From Pseudomonadota bacterium (GTDB lineage: Bacteria > Pseudomonadota > Gammaproteobacteria > Ga0077536): 64,000 nt of DNA. The notes under the pieces were generated by a model, which saw only the letters and a list, made by a program, of their open reading frames with translations, made no database searches and was not told the DNA's origin. Location of the stretch: positions 3,116-67,115 of the forward strand of contig JAYYZW010000092.1 in the NCBI GenBank assembly GCA_036339995.1. The letters are read 5' to 3'. Each line of letters starts with the position of its first letter. Positions within the stretch are counted from its first letter, which is position 1. Of this stretch, positions 9,462-18,076 are shown piece after piece. Both the position numbers and the translations under genes were made by a program.

Positions 9462-10880
9462 ATGCCTGCCGAATGGATCAAGCCTTTTGACCTGCATTCA
9501 ATTCCGCCGAAAGCGGTGGATGATCTCTGGCGTTCACGACTGGATTTCGAGATCTACCAGGCGGCGCGGTCAGCCGGATTGACGGATGACCCCGGCATTT
9601 ATGCCGTTAACTACGAACGGTTTTACGCCGCCCTCGATGACATCGATATCGAACTCAATAAGCGGCGGTTTCTTCTCGGTGGCGAGGCGCCGAGTGCTAC
9701 GGACCAATGGCTGGCCGTCTTGCTGTGCTTGTACGAATCGGTGTTCTACGGCCTGTACAAACTCAATCGCCAGCGCCTCGAAGAATTTGCCAACCTGGCT
9801 CACTACACGCGGGATATCTTCAGCGACCGCGGGTTTCGCAATGCGATCGACTTCGAATCCCTGAAACGAAGTTTCTATCGCGAGAGCAAATTCATCAATC
9901 CGACGCAGAAGGTGCCGCTGGGTTCGATCGAACTGGACGCACCGCACGATCGCTCCATTCGTTTTGCATCGAGCGGTAGGGAATCCGACGCCGAGGAAGA
10001 TCAGAACAAGCGCCGGCTGGATGGGGAATGGGTGCGAAAGATCAGCCGCCACCGGCACCGTATCAGCGCCGACGGCAGTTCGGGCTTTCCGGCCGAACGC
10101 GGTCGTTACCATCTGTACGTCGCGAATAACTGTCCTTGGTGTCATCGCGCCGTGCTGACGCGCAAACTGAAAGGACTCGAAGACGTCATTTCGATGGACG
10201 TACTTTACTTTCGTCGGGATCCGAATCGCGGCTGGCAATTCCGCCCGGAGGAGGCCGGATGCACGCCCGACACGCTATTCGGGCATCACTACATTCGCGA
10301 AGTCTACGACCGAGTGGGCTCGGCAGAATCCTCGGTGCCCGTGTTATGGGACCGCGAAACGGAGACCATCGTCAGTAACGAGTCGGCCGAGATCATTCGC
10401 ATGTTCGACGATGCGTTCGTCGGGTTCTCCAACGGCGTTCTATCGCTCTACCCCTCGCATCTGCGGGCGCAGATCGACGGCGTCAACACCTTCACTTACC
10501 ACGCCATCAATAACGGTGCCTACAAGGCGGGATTCACCGACAGCCAGGCCGCCTATGAAGCGGCGTACCGTAGGTTCTTCGACGCTTTGGAGACCCTCGA
10601 TCACATGCTCCGGGGCCGGCGATTTCTCCTCGGGGATACGGTAACGGAAGCCGATATTCGGCTATTCCCGACGATATTCCGCTTCGACGCGGTTTACTAC
10701 ACGCGCTTCAATCTCGACGAACGCATGGTGCGCGACATCCCCCCGCTCAAACGCTGGCTCGAAAATATGCTCTTCATTCCGGGCGTCGCCGAAGCCAGCA
10801 ACCTGGAACATTGTCGCAAGGGGTATTTCGGACGCGCTGGCAACAAGATCGTGCCGCTCGGTCCCCGGGTCCGACCGTAG
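9462..10880 (+). CDS. glutathionyl-hydroquinone reductase (YqjG/GST Xi-class-like) with an extra N-terminal GST C-terminal-like domain
   Basis: GRYHLYVANNCPWCHR, SVPVLWD, IVSNESAEIIRM, NNGAYKAGF, TEADIRLF. The N-terminal ~170 aa resemble a second helical domain. Start uncertain (9369 or 9462). Confidence 0.85.
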   Translation: MPAEWIKPFDLHSIPPKAVDDLWRSRLDFEIYQAARSAGLTDDPGIYAVNYERFYAALDDIDIELNKRRFLLGGEAPSATDQWLAVLLCLYESVFYGLYKLNRQRLEEFANLAHYTRDIFSDRGFRNAIDFESLKRSFYRESKFINPTQKVPLGSIELDAPHDRSIRFASSGRESDAEEDQNKRRLDGEWVRKISRHRHRISADGSSGFPAERGRYHLYVANNCPWCHRAVLTRKLKGLEDVISMDVLYFRRDPNRGWQFRPEEAGCTPDTLFGHHYIREVYDRVGSAESSVPVLWDRETETIVSNESAEIIRMFDDAFVGFSNGVLSLYPSHLRAQIDGVNTFTYHAINNGAYKAGFTDSQAAYEAAYRRFFDALETLDHMLRGRRFLLGDTVTEADIRLFPTIFRFDAVYYTRFNLDERMVRDIPPLKRWLENMLFIPGVAEASNLEHCRKGYFGRAGNKIVPLGPRVRP

Positions 10881-10936
10881 CCAGCCGCAAAAGACGAAAG
10901 TAGGCTTACGCCTGCGATCGTCTCGTTTAGAGAGGA

Positions 10937-11497
10937 TTACGATTCGGCGGCGTGGGGCAGCGGACAAGTCTGGCCGATCTCGAGGCCGAGCGCGTAGATC
11001 AAGCGGCCGTATCCGATAAAAGTCACGATACGCCAGCCGAGATCGAGGATCTCCGGTTCGGTGAAATGCTCTCTCAGTTCGTCGAACAGGGCTTCCGACG
11101 CCCGACGGTGATCCCCGGCGAGTACTTCCGCGAAATGGATGGCGGCTTTTTCGCGCGGAGAGAGCAGTTCACTCGATTCATAGTTCGGAATCTCAGCGAT
11201 TTCTGCTTCTGTCAATCCTTCCTGCCGTGCAACTGCAAGGCGGGCGTTCATTCAGAGATTACATTCGTTCTTTTGCGCGACCATCAAGCGCGCGAGTTCG
11301 GTGATCTTCGTGGTAACGGCGCCGCGGGTTTCGAGTTCGAGCGGAAAATAAAAATCGATGAACTTTCGAAACACGTCGGGCGCGTTGGCTAGCACCTGTA
11401 CGAAGCCGGAACCACCCAGTTCTTCGTCGTACTGACGCATGACGGCCTGCAGGTCTTTCGGGACCTGCTCGAAAGGAACGGCGCTCAGTCGTGCCAC
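10937..11497 (-). CDS. AhpD/carboxymuconolactone decarboxylase-family selenoprotein (CxxU; in-frame UGA at 11254-11252)
   Basis: Two in-frame ORFs are separated only by TGA: ...ELARLMVAQKNEC-N-L-[UGA]-MNARLAVARQEGLTE...LREHFTEPEILDL. GTG start at 11497 after a GAGGAGG RBS. Confidence 0.85.
11224..11241 (-). promoter_or_regulatory. putative bacterial SECIS hairpin
   Basis: GCCUUGC-AGUU-GCACGGC starts 11 nt after the UGA, with an unpaired U in the stem and a GU-containing loop. It resembles the E. coli fdhF SECIS in position and shape. Confidence 0.65.
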
Positions 11498-11604
11498 GGA
11501 TTTTCCTCCTCTAAGGTAGCTTAGGCAAATGAAGCTATCACCGTTCGTTCCCGGTGACAACGAACGGCGGGCGAACGAAACGTTCAACTATTCAAATCGG
11601 CATC

Positions 11605-11826
11605 TCAGCCTGCACCCTTTCCTTGAGACAGCGCAAGGATCCCAAGGGCGATCAACGCGAGGCCGCCGAAGAGTTGGAATACCCTTGAATTCAGCAATGC
11701 CAATACCAGCCTGCTGCGTATTGCTTCCGACAACCGGTCACTGAAATTATTCGCGAACTGAAGGGCGACACCGCCGCCGATGAGCACGGTCCCGGTAAGA
11801 TTCCAAAAAAGTGCTTCAAAGTTCAT
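11605..11826 (-). CDS. small two-TM hypothetical membrane protein
   Basis: 73-aa ORF with two hydrophobic segments; no recognised motif. Confidence 0.5.
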   Translation of the reverse strand: MNFEALFWNLTGTVLIGGGVALQFANNFSDRLSEAIRSRLVLALLNSRVFQLFGGLALIALGILALSQGKGAG

Positions 11827-11879
11827 AACAGTAATCGACCAAATGCCGGTGGCCTGGTGTAATAGGATGAATCGCGTAT

Positions 11880-12140
11880 CTACGATCGGCTGATTTCATA
11901 AACGTCCTTGAAGGCGATCATTTCCACCAAGTGTTCTTCATTATCGCCCGGAAAACCACATTCGGGCATGAATTCGGTGGTGCCTTTGTAAGTTCCAAAG
12001 ATCCGGTCCCAAATCGGCAGGTCGGAATAATTGTAGTCGTGGACATCCAGCTGATGGTGTATCGAATGCAACTCGGGCGTCTGAATGAAGTAGCGTAAAA
12101 GCTTCGGCGATTTGAAATTGGCGTGACAAAAATACTCGCC
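11880..12140 (-). pseudogene. 3' remnant of a sterol desaturase/fatty acid hydroxylase gene
   Basis: GEYFCHAN...QTPELHSIHH...NYSDLPIWDRIFGTY. The upstream part of the frame is antisense to an unrelated remnant. Confidence 0.75.
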
Positions 12141-12628
12141 CAACAGGGTGCCGAGCGCCAGGCGCTGGAGGCCGAACGACAACATCTGGACGAAGAGGAG
12201 CGGCGGCTGGCTGAAGAACAACGGCGCCGCGAGGAAACACGCCTGGCTGAAATCGAACGCCTGCGCCTGCAACATGAAGCGAGGCGCGGGCCGAGGACGA
12301 GAAGCGCTCACGCTTCAAGGGTTTGTTGACGAGCGCGGTAGCGGCGGTAGCCGAGCGCGACAAGGAAACACCCTTGCGCGATTACCAGGCGGCCCTCGCC
12401 CTCAATCCGACGGATCAGCGTGCCGCGGCCGGGATCGGGGATGCAGAGCGTTTATTGGATAAAGTGTGCTACGAGATTCTGGGCCGTTGGGAATGCGCGA
12501 ACCCGCGATCCCGCAGCTTTCGCATCACCCTGACCGCGGCGAGTTTCAGCAATACATGGGTTGCCAAATTGAGCGCCGATGGACGTTGTCTGGACGCAGA
12601 CCACGGAGGGGGGTTCGAACGGCGGTAA
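12141..12628 (+). pseudogene. broken coiled-coil/TPR-like protein remnant
   Basis: ERQALEAERQHLDEEERRLAEEQRRREE, then in another frame DYQAALALNPTDQRAAAGI. No proper start. Confidence 0.45.
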
Positions 12629-12988
12629 TATCGCCGGTCGTTCTAGACGCGCGAACGCGCGACCTGAGGGAACCTCTGAATAAGTCATGGTGCGTATCCG
12701 ACCCAAGATGTAGGACAACGCGGCGCCAATACCCGAGAATCGAAAATTCGGATCGATATACCTTTCGATGCCGTAAAACATGAAGTAATAAAGCCGCGCC
12801 GAGGACCATACGACCAGCGTCAACAGTACAACGGTGCGCCATCTCGGCGAATCGAGTAACAGAACACCGCCGCAGGACATTAGGATGATCAGGAACAGAA
12901 CGGCCTTCAGATACATCCACTTCGGGTCTACCAGATCGCGGGACAGATGCTGCAAAGTGGTCGCGCGGTCACCCGCACGGTTCGTCAT
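12452..12988 (-). CDS. small hypothetical membrane protein, probably with run-on C-terminus
   Basis: ATGA overlap with the cupin stop; DLVDPKWMYLKAVLF...ARLYYFMFYGIERYIDPNFRFSG. The tail beyond ~12690 is antisense to the TPR remnant. Confidence 0.6.
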   Translation of the reverse strand: MTNRAGDRATTLQHLSRDLVDPKWMYLKAVLFLIILMSCGGVLLLDSPRWRTVVLLTLVVWSSARLYYFMFYGIERYIDPNFRFSGIGAALSYILGRIRTMTYSEVPSGRAFARLERPAILPPFEPPSVVCVQTTSIGAQFGNPCIAETRRGQGDAKAAGSRVRAFPTAQNLVAHFIQ

Positions 12989-13521
12989 GCGGCCCGCCGA
13001 CCCGCATATTTTTTGATCCGGCTCCGATAACCGAGCGCCCAACTGATCGGCACCAGCACCGAAATAAAAAGGCGGGCCCCCGCCTTCGCAGGCCTGATGG
13101 TGTCCTTGAATTCAGTGAAGATCGCCGCCCGCATGAGAACCGAAGGCATCCCGTGCGCGTCGGTGTGCCCGTCTCGCGCCAGACCGAATAGCGTTCGGAA
13201 AAAATCGTGATTGCGCCCGGCTGGTCTATAGGTTTCGACGGCTATCGTTTCCGTATCGCACGGGTTCCACTGAAAATGGAGCGCGCTGGGTGGCGCTGTG
13301 TACGACTCTCCCGCCCGAATGACCTTGTGCTCACCGTCCACAGTGACGTGCATCTCACCCGAGCGGACTGAAATTTCCTGTTCGATGCCGGGGTGAAAGT
13401 GCTCGAGCGCGATCTCGCCGTGCGCCCGCAGCGCATATTCGATCGCGAAGGTTTGCGGCGTCGATTCGATGATCCGCATGGTTTCCCCGGTAACGGGATT
13501 TTCAAGAATCTCTTCAGGCAT
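12985..13521 (-). CDS. cupin domain-containing protein
   Basis: ENPVTGE, EHFHPGIEQEISVRSGEM, PPSALHFQWN; GGAGG RBS. Confidence 0.85.
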   Translation of the reverse strand: MPEEILENPVTGETMRIIESTPQTFAIEYALRAHGEIALEHFHPGIEQEISVRSGEMHVTVDGEHKVIRAGESYTAPPSALHFQWNPCDTETIAVETYRPAGRNHDFFRTLFGLARDGHTDAHGMPSVLMRAAIFTEFKDTIRPAKAGARLFISVLVPISWALGYRSRIKKYAGRRAA

Positions 13522-13583
13522 TTTGAAACCTCCCAATACGGGCGCTGACAGGCTGGCGGAAAACGCCATTTTTCACCGGACTG

Positions 13584-13730
13584 CTAACGGGGCACAAGTG
13601 CAACGACCCGACCCGGACCACCGGAACCGCCTTCGATCTTCATGGGCAGCGCGATGATAACGAAACCTGCGGGCGGCAGCTGCTCAAGCGCCATCAGATT
13701 TTCCAGGCCGCCAACGTTGCCGGCCGCAGC
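13584..13730 (-). pseudogene. 3' remnant of a cyclase (kynurenine formamidase KynB-like) family gene
   Basis: GLENLMALEQLP...IALPMKIEGGSGGPGRVVA is the family C-terminal signature; the N-terminal part is absent. Confidence 0.75.
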
Positions 13731-13816
13731 GCAAGGTAAATGAGAGGGATAAAGACCGCGGCGCCACCTAAAAATTAGGCTAATTTTGCAAGTGTGTCCA
13801 GTGTCATTCAATTTCG

Positions 13817-14155
13817 CTAGCGGTATGAGTGCGATTTAAGGATGATGCCGCGCTTTCGCTGGACGTAAGCGGCGTAAACTTGATTCCACAGCATTAGTAT
13901 AAAACTCCGAAGCCTGAGTGATCCCGCTTCGGTGATCGTTTCGCTGTTTGGCGCCTTGACCCAAATATCAGCGACGTCGCCGTTAGTGACCAAGGCACCG
14001 ATCAGGACATTGAATTCGCTCGTTCTCGATTGAATGATCTGGCCAAGCGTTGCGACCTTCGCCTGCCTGATCTGGACCGCCAGGTAAATCAACGTGAGCA
14101 AGATCGCCATAGCGCTGACGATCTCAACGATGGTTCCTAACGCATCCCAATTCGT
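13817..14155 (-). pseudogene. decayed hypothetical membrane protein of the 'MNWDA.G...LAVQIR' type
   Basis: Frame reads ACG-NWDALGTIVEIVSAMAILLTLIYLAVQIRQ. The start codon appears mutated ATG>ACG and the C-terminus is short. Confidence 0.55.
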
Positions 14156-14314
14156 AGCGATCCCGTTTGAACTATCCGGCGGATTGGCTGACCGGCACGA
14201 TCCGATGTTTTAGCAATCGTTCACTTGCCATAAAAAAATTTCAGAAAATTCGGCGGATTCCGGCAACAATAATTCTCTGCTCTGTAAATGAGCTGTTAAT
14301 AAACCCTTTGCCTT

Positions 14315-15733
14315 TTATTCCGGCCAGCGATGGACCCAGGGCCGCGCGGCTTCGAGCTGTGCCGAGAGGCGGAACAGGCTCGCCTCGTCCGCATAGCGGC
14401 CCATCAGGTGCACGCCGATCGGCAGATTGTCCTTGTTCCAGTAGAGCGGCAGCGATATCGCCGGCTGGCCCGTCGCGTTCGCCGGTGCCGTAAACCTCGG
14501 GATGTTCTCCATGCGCTCGGTCGACTGGCGCGGGACCTCCGGATTGAAATCGAAGTACCCGATCGGTACGGGTGGCTCGATCATCGTCGGCGTCAGCCAC
14601 ACGTCGTAGGTCTCAAAGAAGGGCGCGACTTCACGCGCGAATAAATGCATGTCGTGGATCGCGAGCAGAAGATCCGACGGCCGCCGCTTCTCATCCACCT
14701 CGAACATCTTCCAGGTATGCAGCTCGAAATATTCCGGGCTCGGCGTCACCCCGGTACGCCGCGACCAATCGCGGATCATCCACGCGACCATCGCGCACCA
14801 GATGGTCGTGAAGAACTGTGTGAAGTGCTCACCCGAGACCTCGGGCCTGGCCTCTTCAACGTGGTGCCCCAAGTCTTCGCACAGCGCGGCCGCCTCGTGC
14901 GCCGCCTGCTGGCAGTCGGGATGAACCTCGGTCGGGACGATCGCTTGTGTGCTGAATGCGATCTTGAGCCGGCCCGGATCGGCGCCGACTTCCTCGGCGA
15001 ACGGACAGGCCGGTGGCGGCGGGAAGAATGGCGCGCCGACATCGGCGCCGGCCGTGATGTCGAGCACCACGGCCGTATCCATCACCGTACGGGTGACGAC
15101 GTGTTCACACAGGAGACCGGCGGCGCCGACGTCACCATAGTCAGGTCCCAGCGGATTACGGCCGCGCGTCGGCTTGAGACCGACCAATCCACAGTTGCCC
15201 GCGGGAATGCGGGTCGAGCCGCCGCCGTCGTTGGCATGCGCGATGGCAACCATACCCGCGGCCACGGCGGCGCCGGCACCGCCCGAAGACCCGCCGGGTG
15301 AACGACTCTTGTCCCAGGGGTTGAGTGTCGCTCCGTAGAGTTCGGGTTCGGTGGTCGGCTTCGAGGCGAACTCGGGTGCATTTGTCCTGCCAACCATGAC
15401 CAGTCCGCCGCGCCGGTAACGCGAGACGAGTTCGCTGTCACGCGTCGAGACATAGCCGCGTAGAAAGCGCGAACCCTCGGTCATCGGCGCACCCGCGTAC
15501 TCCGCGAGCACGTCCTTCAAGAGCATCGGTACGCCCGACAGCGGTTCCTCGCTCCTGAGGTCGCCCACCGCGGCACGGGCCATATCGTACATCGGCAGAA
15601 TAACGGCGTTCAAATCCGGATTTAATTTTTCGATCGCCGCGATCGCGGCCTCCACCATTTCGGCGGCGGACACTTCGCCCTGACGTATGAGACGCGCCTG
15701 TTCGACGGCACTCAGCCTCATGAGATTTTCCAC
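14315..15733 (-). CDS. amidase (amidase-signature family)
   Basis: [35 protein letters not shown]. Confidence 0.93.
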   Translation of the reverse strand: MENLMRLSAVEQARLIRQGEVSAAEMVEAAIAAIEKLNPDLNAVILPMYDMARAAVGDLRSEEPLSGVPMLLKDVLAEYAGAPMTEGSRFLRGYVSTRDSELVSRYRRGGLVMVGRTNAPEFASKPTTEPELYGATLNPWDKSRSPGGSSGGAGAAVAAGMVAIAHANDGGGSTRIPAGNCGLVGLKPTRGRNPLGPDYGDVGAAGLLCEHVVTRTVMDTAVVLDITAGADVGAPFFPPPPACPFAEEVGADPGRLKIAFSTQAIVPTEVHPDCQQAAHEAAALCEDLGHHVEEARPEVSGEHFTQFFTTIWCAMVAWMIRDWSRRTGVTPSPEYFELHTWKMFEVDEKRRPSDLLLAIHDMHLFAREVAPFFETYDVWLTPTMIEPPVPIGYFDFNPEVPRQSTERMENIPRFTAPANATGQPAISLPLYWNKDNLPIGVHLMGRYADEASLFRLSAQLEAARPWVHRWPE

Positions 15734-15980
15734 GCTACGCTCCCCTTTCGACGACAACCGCCGCGCCGGCGGTCCATGAAACCATCAGGCCGATAAACAG
15801 GCTGTTAAAGATAGCGAGGCTGCTCGTGGGTGTCTATCTGGCGCACCTGGCGCGCCCGCCCGGAACCGATCCACAGGAACCTGAGAATTCTCATCCATGG
15901 ATGAGATTCACGGCCTTGAACGATGCGATAATTACACTTAAGTCGCGTCAAATTTCAATCATTAAGAGCGCAGTTCTCTC

Positions 15981-17504
15981 ATGCCCGAGCAACAGCCCGC
16001 CATCGCAACACAATATCGCGTCGAAGAAACCACGATCGGAGAGATCCATGAAGCCATGAGGGGCGGCACGCTGAGCGCGGCGGAACTGGTCGAATGTTAC
16101 CTTCGCCGTATCGATGCCTACGATCAGGCAGGCCCGAAGATAAACTGCATCGTGAACATCAATGAAAACGCGCGGGAACGTGCGGCGGAACTGGACGATG
16201 CGTTTGCGCGCGCCGGTGAATTCACCGGGCCGCTGCACGGCATACCCGTACTGGTCAAGGACTGCATAGAGACGAACGATGCGACGACGACATTCGGCAA
16301 CATCGCTTTCGCCCAATATCGGCCGAAATCCGACGCCACGGTGGTGCGCAAGCTCCGCGAAGCGGGCGCCATCATCTTCGCGAAGACGACGCTGCCGGAT
16401 TTCGCGACGAGCTGGTTCGGCTACTCCTCAATGAGCGGCCATACCTTGAATCCGTACGCCCTCGATCGCGATCCGGGCGCTTCGAGCTCCGGCAGCGGCG
16501 CGGCGACCGCGGCAAACCTCGCGACGATATCCCTAGGAACCGATTGTGGGGGATCGATACGCGTGCCCTCGTCGTTCAACAATCTCGTCGGAATTCGCAG
16601 CACGCCGGGCTTGATCAGCCGCAACGGCGTCGCCTGCCTGATTTTCTTCCAGGACACCATCGGCCCGATGACCCGCACCGTGAGCGATGCCGCAACGGTC
16701 TTCGATACGCTCGTCGGCTATGATCCGGCGGATTCGCTTACCGCTGCCTACCACGTAGCGCAGGCCCCTGAAACCTACACCGCCCACCTCGCGGCCGACG
16801 GCTTGAACGGCGCGAGGCTGGGGCTAGTGACGAACGCCCTCGGATCCGAAGACAACGAATACGCCGCGCCGGTGAATGAGGTCATCCGCAAAGCCGTCAC
16901 GGCGATTGAGAAGGCGGGCGCGAGGATACTCGAAGTAGAGATCCCGGATCTCCCGCACCACATCGGCGCGACCCTGCTCTATGTCAACCGGACCAAGTTC
17001 GACATCAATTCGTTTCTCGGCGCGCGGCCCGACGCACCCGTCCGTAGCCTGAGCCAACTGATCGAAAGCCGCCGCTACGATCCCGCGTGTGACCTGCTCG
17101 AACAATGCGGCTTCGGTCCGGACCGGCCAGAATACGACCCGATGTATTATCAACGTCTGGCAGCGCGCGAGGAATTCGCGCGGGCGACGCAGAACGTTCT
17201 GTCGGGCAACGAGCTCGATGGCCTGATCTACCCCAGCGTTCAGGTGGTGCCGCCATTGATCCGCGATTGCGACGAAGGCATGTGGCCGACTCTCGCCTTC
17301 CCGACCAACACGCTCATCGCCTCGCAGACCTGGATGCCCGCGATCAGCGTACCGGCGGGTTTTACCGATCAAGGCCTGCCGGTCGGGCTCGAAATCATCA
17401 GCCACCAGTACGCCGAACCGAAGCTGTTCCGCCTCGCCTACGGTTTCGAGCAGGCGACGCATTACCGCCGTGCGTCCGAGAACACCCCGGAACTTGCCCC
17501 TTGA
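15981..17504 (+). CDS. amidase (amidase-signature family)
   Basis: LHGIPVLVKD, PGASSSGSGAA, GTDCGGSIRVP. Confidence 0.93.
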   Translation: MPEQQPAIATQYRVEETTIGEIHEAMRGGTLSAAELVECYLRRIDAYDQAGPKINCIVNINENARERAAELDDAFARAGEFTGPLHGIPVLVKDCIETNDATTTFGNIAFAQYRPKSDATVVRKLREAGAIIFAKTTLPDFATSWFGYSSMSGHTLNPYALDRDPGASSSGSGAATAANLATISLGTDCGGSIRVPSSFNNLVGIRSTPGLISRNGVACLIFFQDTIGPMTRTVSDAATVFDTLVGYDPADSLTAAYHVAQAPETYTAHLAADGLNGARLGLVTNALGSEDNEYAAPVNEVIRKAVTAIEKAGARILEVEIPDLPHHIGATLLYVNRTKFDINSFLGARPDAPVRSLSQLIESRRYDPACDLLEQCGFGPDRPEYDPMYYQRLAAREEFARATQNVLSGNELDGLIYPSVQVVPPLIRDCDEGMWPTLAFPTNTLIASQTWMPAISVPAGFTDQGLPVGLEIISHQYAEPKLFRLAYGFEQATHYRRASENTPELAP

Positions 17505-17615
17505 ATGGCGTTAGTCGCGCAGCGTCTTCTTAATTGACAGCGAGCGCGATCAGATTGCAACAAAGCCACACTTTCGAGATGATTTCCATTCGTTGTCGAG
17601 GAAGGGATCAAAACC

Positions 17616-17942
17616 ATGGTGGCTAATTACGATACCACAGCGGGCGACCGCCCCCAGCCAGACGATCGCCAGTTGATCGAAGAATTCAAAAAAACACCTA
17701 TCGGACACCACAGCCCGGATCTGCAACGCCTGTTGAACCGCATGCGCGGGGCGCCTATGGCGGATAAGTACTGCGTCGTCGTGGTGAAAGCGAATCGTGT
17801 GTGGCAGCTCGCGAAAACGAACGGCGTTCGCGGCAAACCGATGAAGATGCTCAGCAAGCGTTTCAAGAAACGCGCTGACGCCGAATGGTACGTTTTCAAG
17901 CGACGGTGGAAAGCGCTCACCGGAGAAGCGCTGCGCGACTGA
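17616..17942 (+). CDS. N,N-dimethylformamidase small-subunit-like protein
   Basis: IEEFKKTPIGHHSPDLQRLLNRMR...AEWYVFKRRW; directly upstream of the large subunit. Confidence 0.75.
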   Translation: MVANYDTTAGDRPQPDDRQLIEEFKKTPIGHHSPDLQRLLNRMRGAPMADKYCVVVVKANRVWQLAKTNGVRGKPMKMLSKRFKKRADAEWYVFKRRWKALTGEALRD

Positions 17943-18076
17943 ACGCACACTCATCGACCGCTTACATGCCTGACTAGTCTCGCACGCTCGCGAGAGCAGC
18001 GTAATTCGAGGTGACTGGTCGGCGCCCCATAGGGGGGCGCTCGAATCACAAATCCTCGAGAAGAAGGAACAATCCG

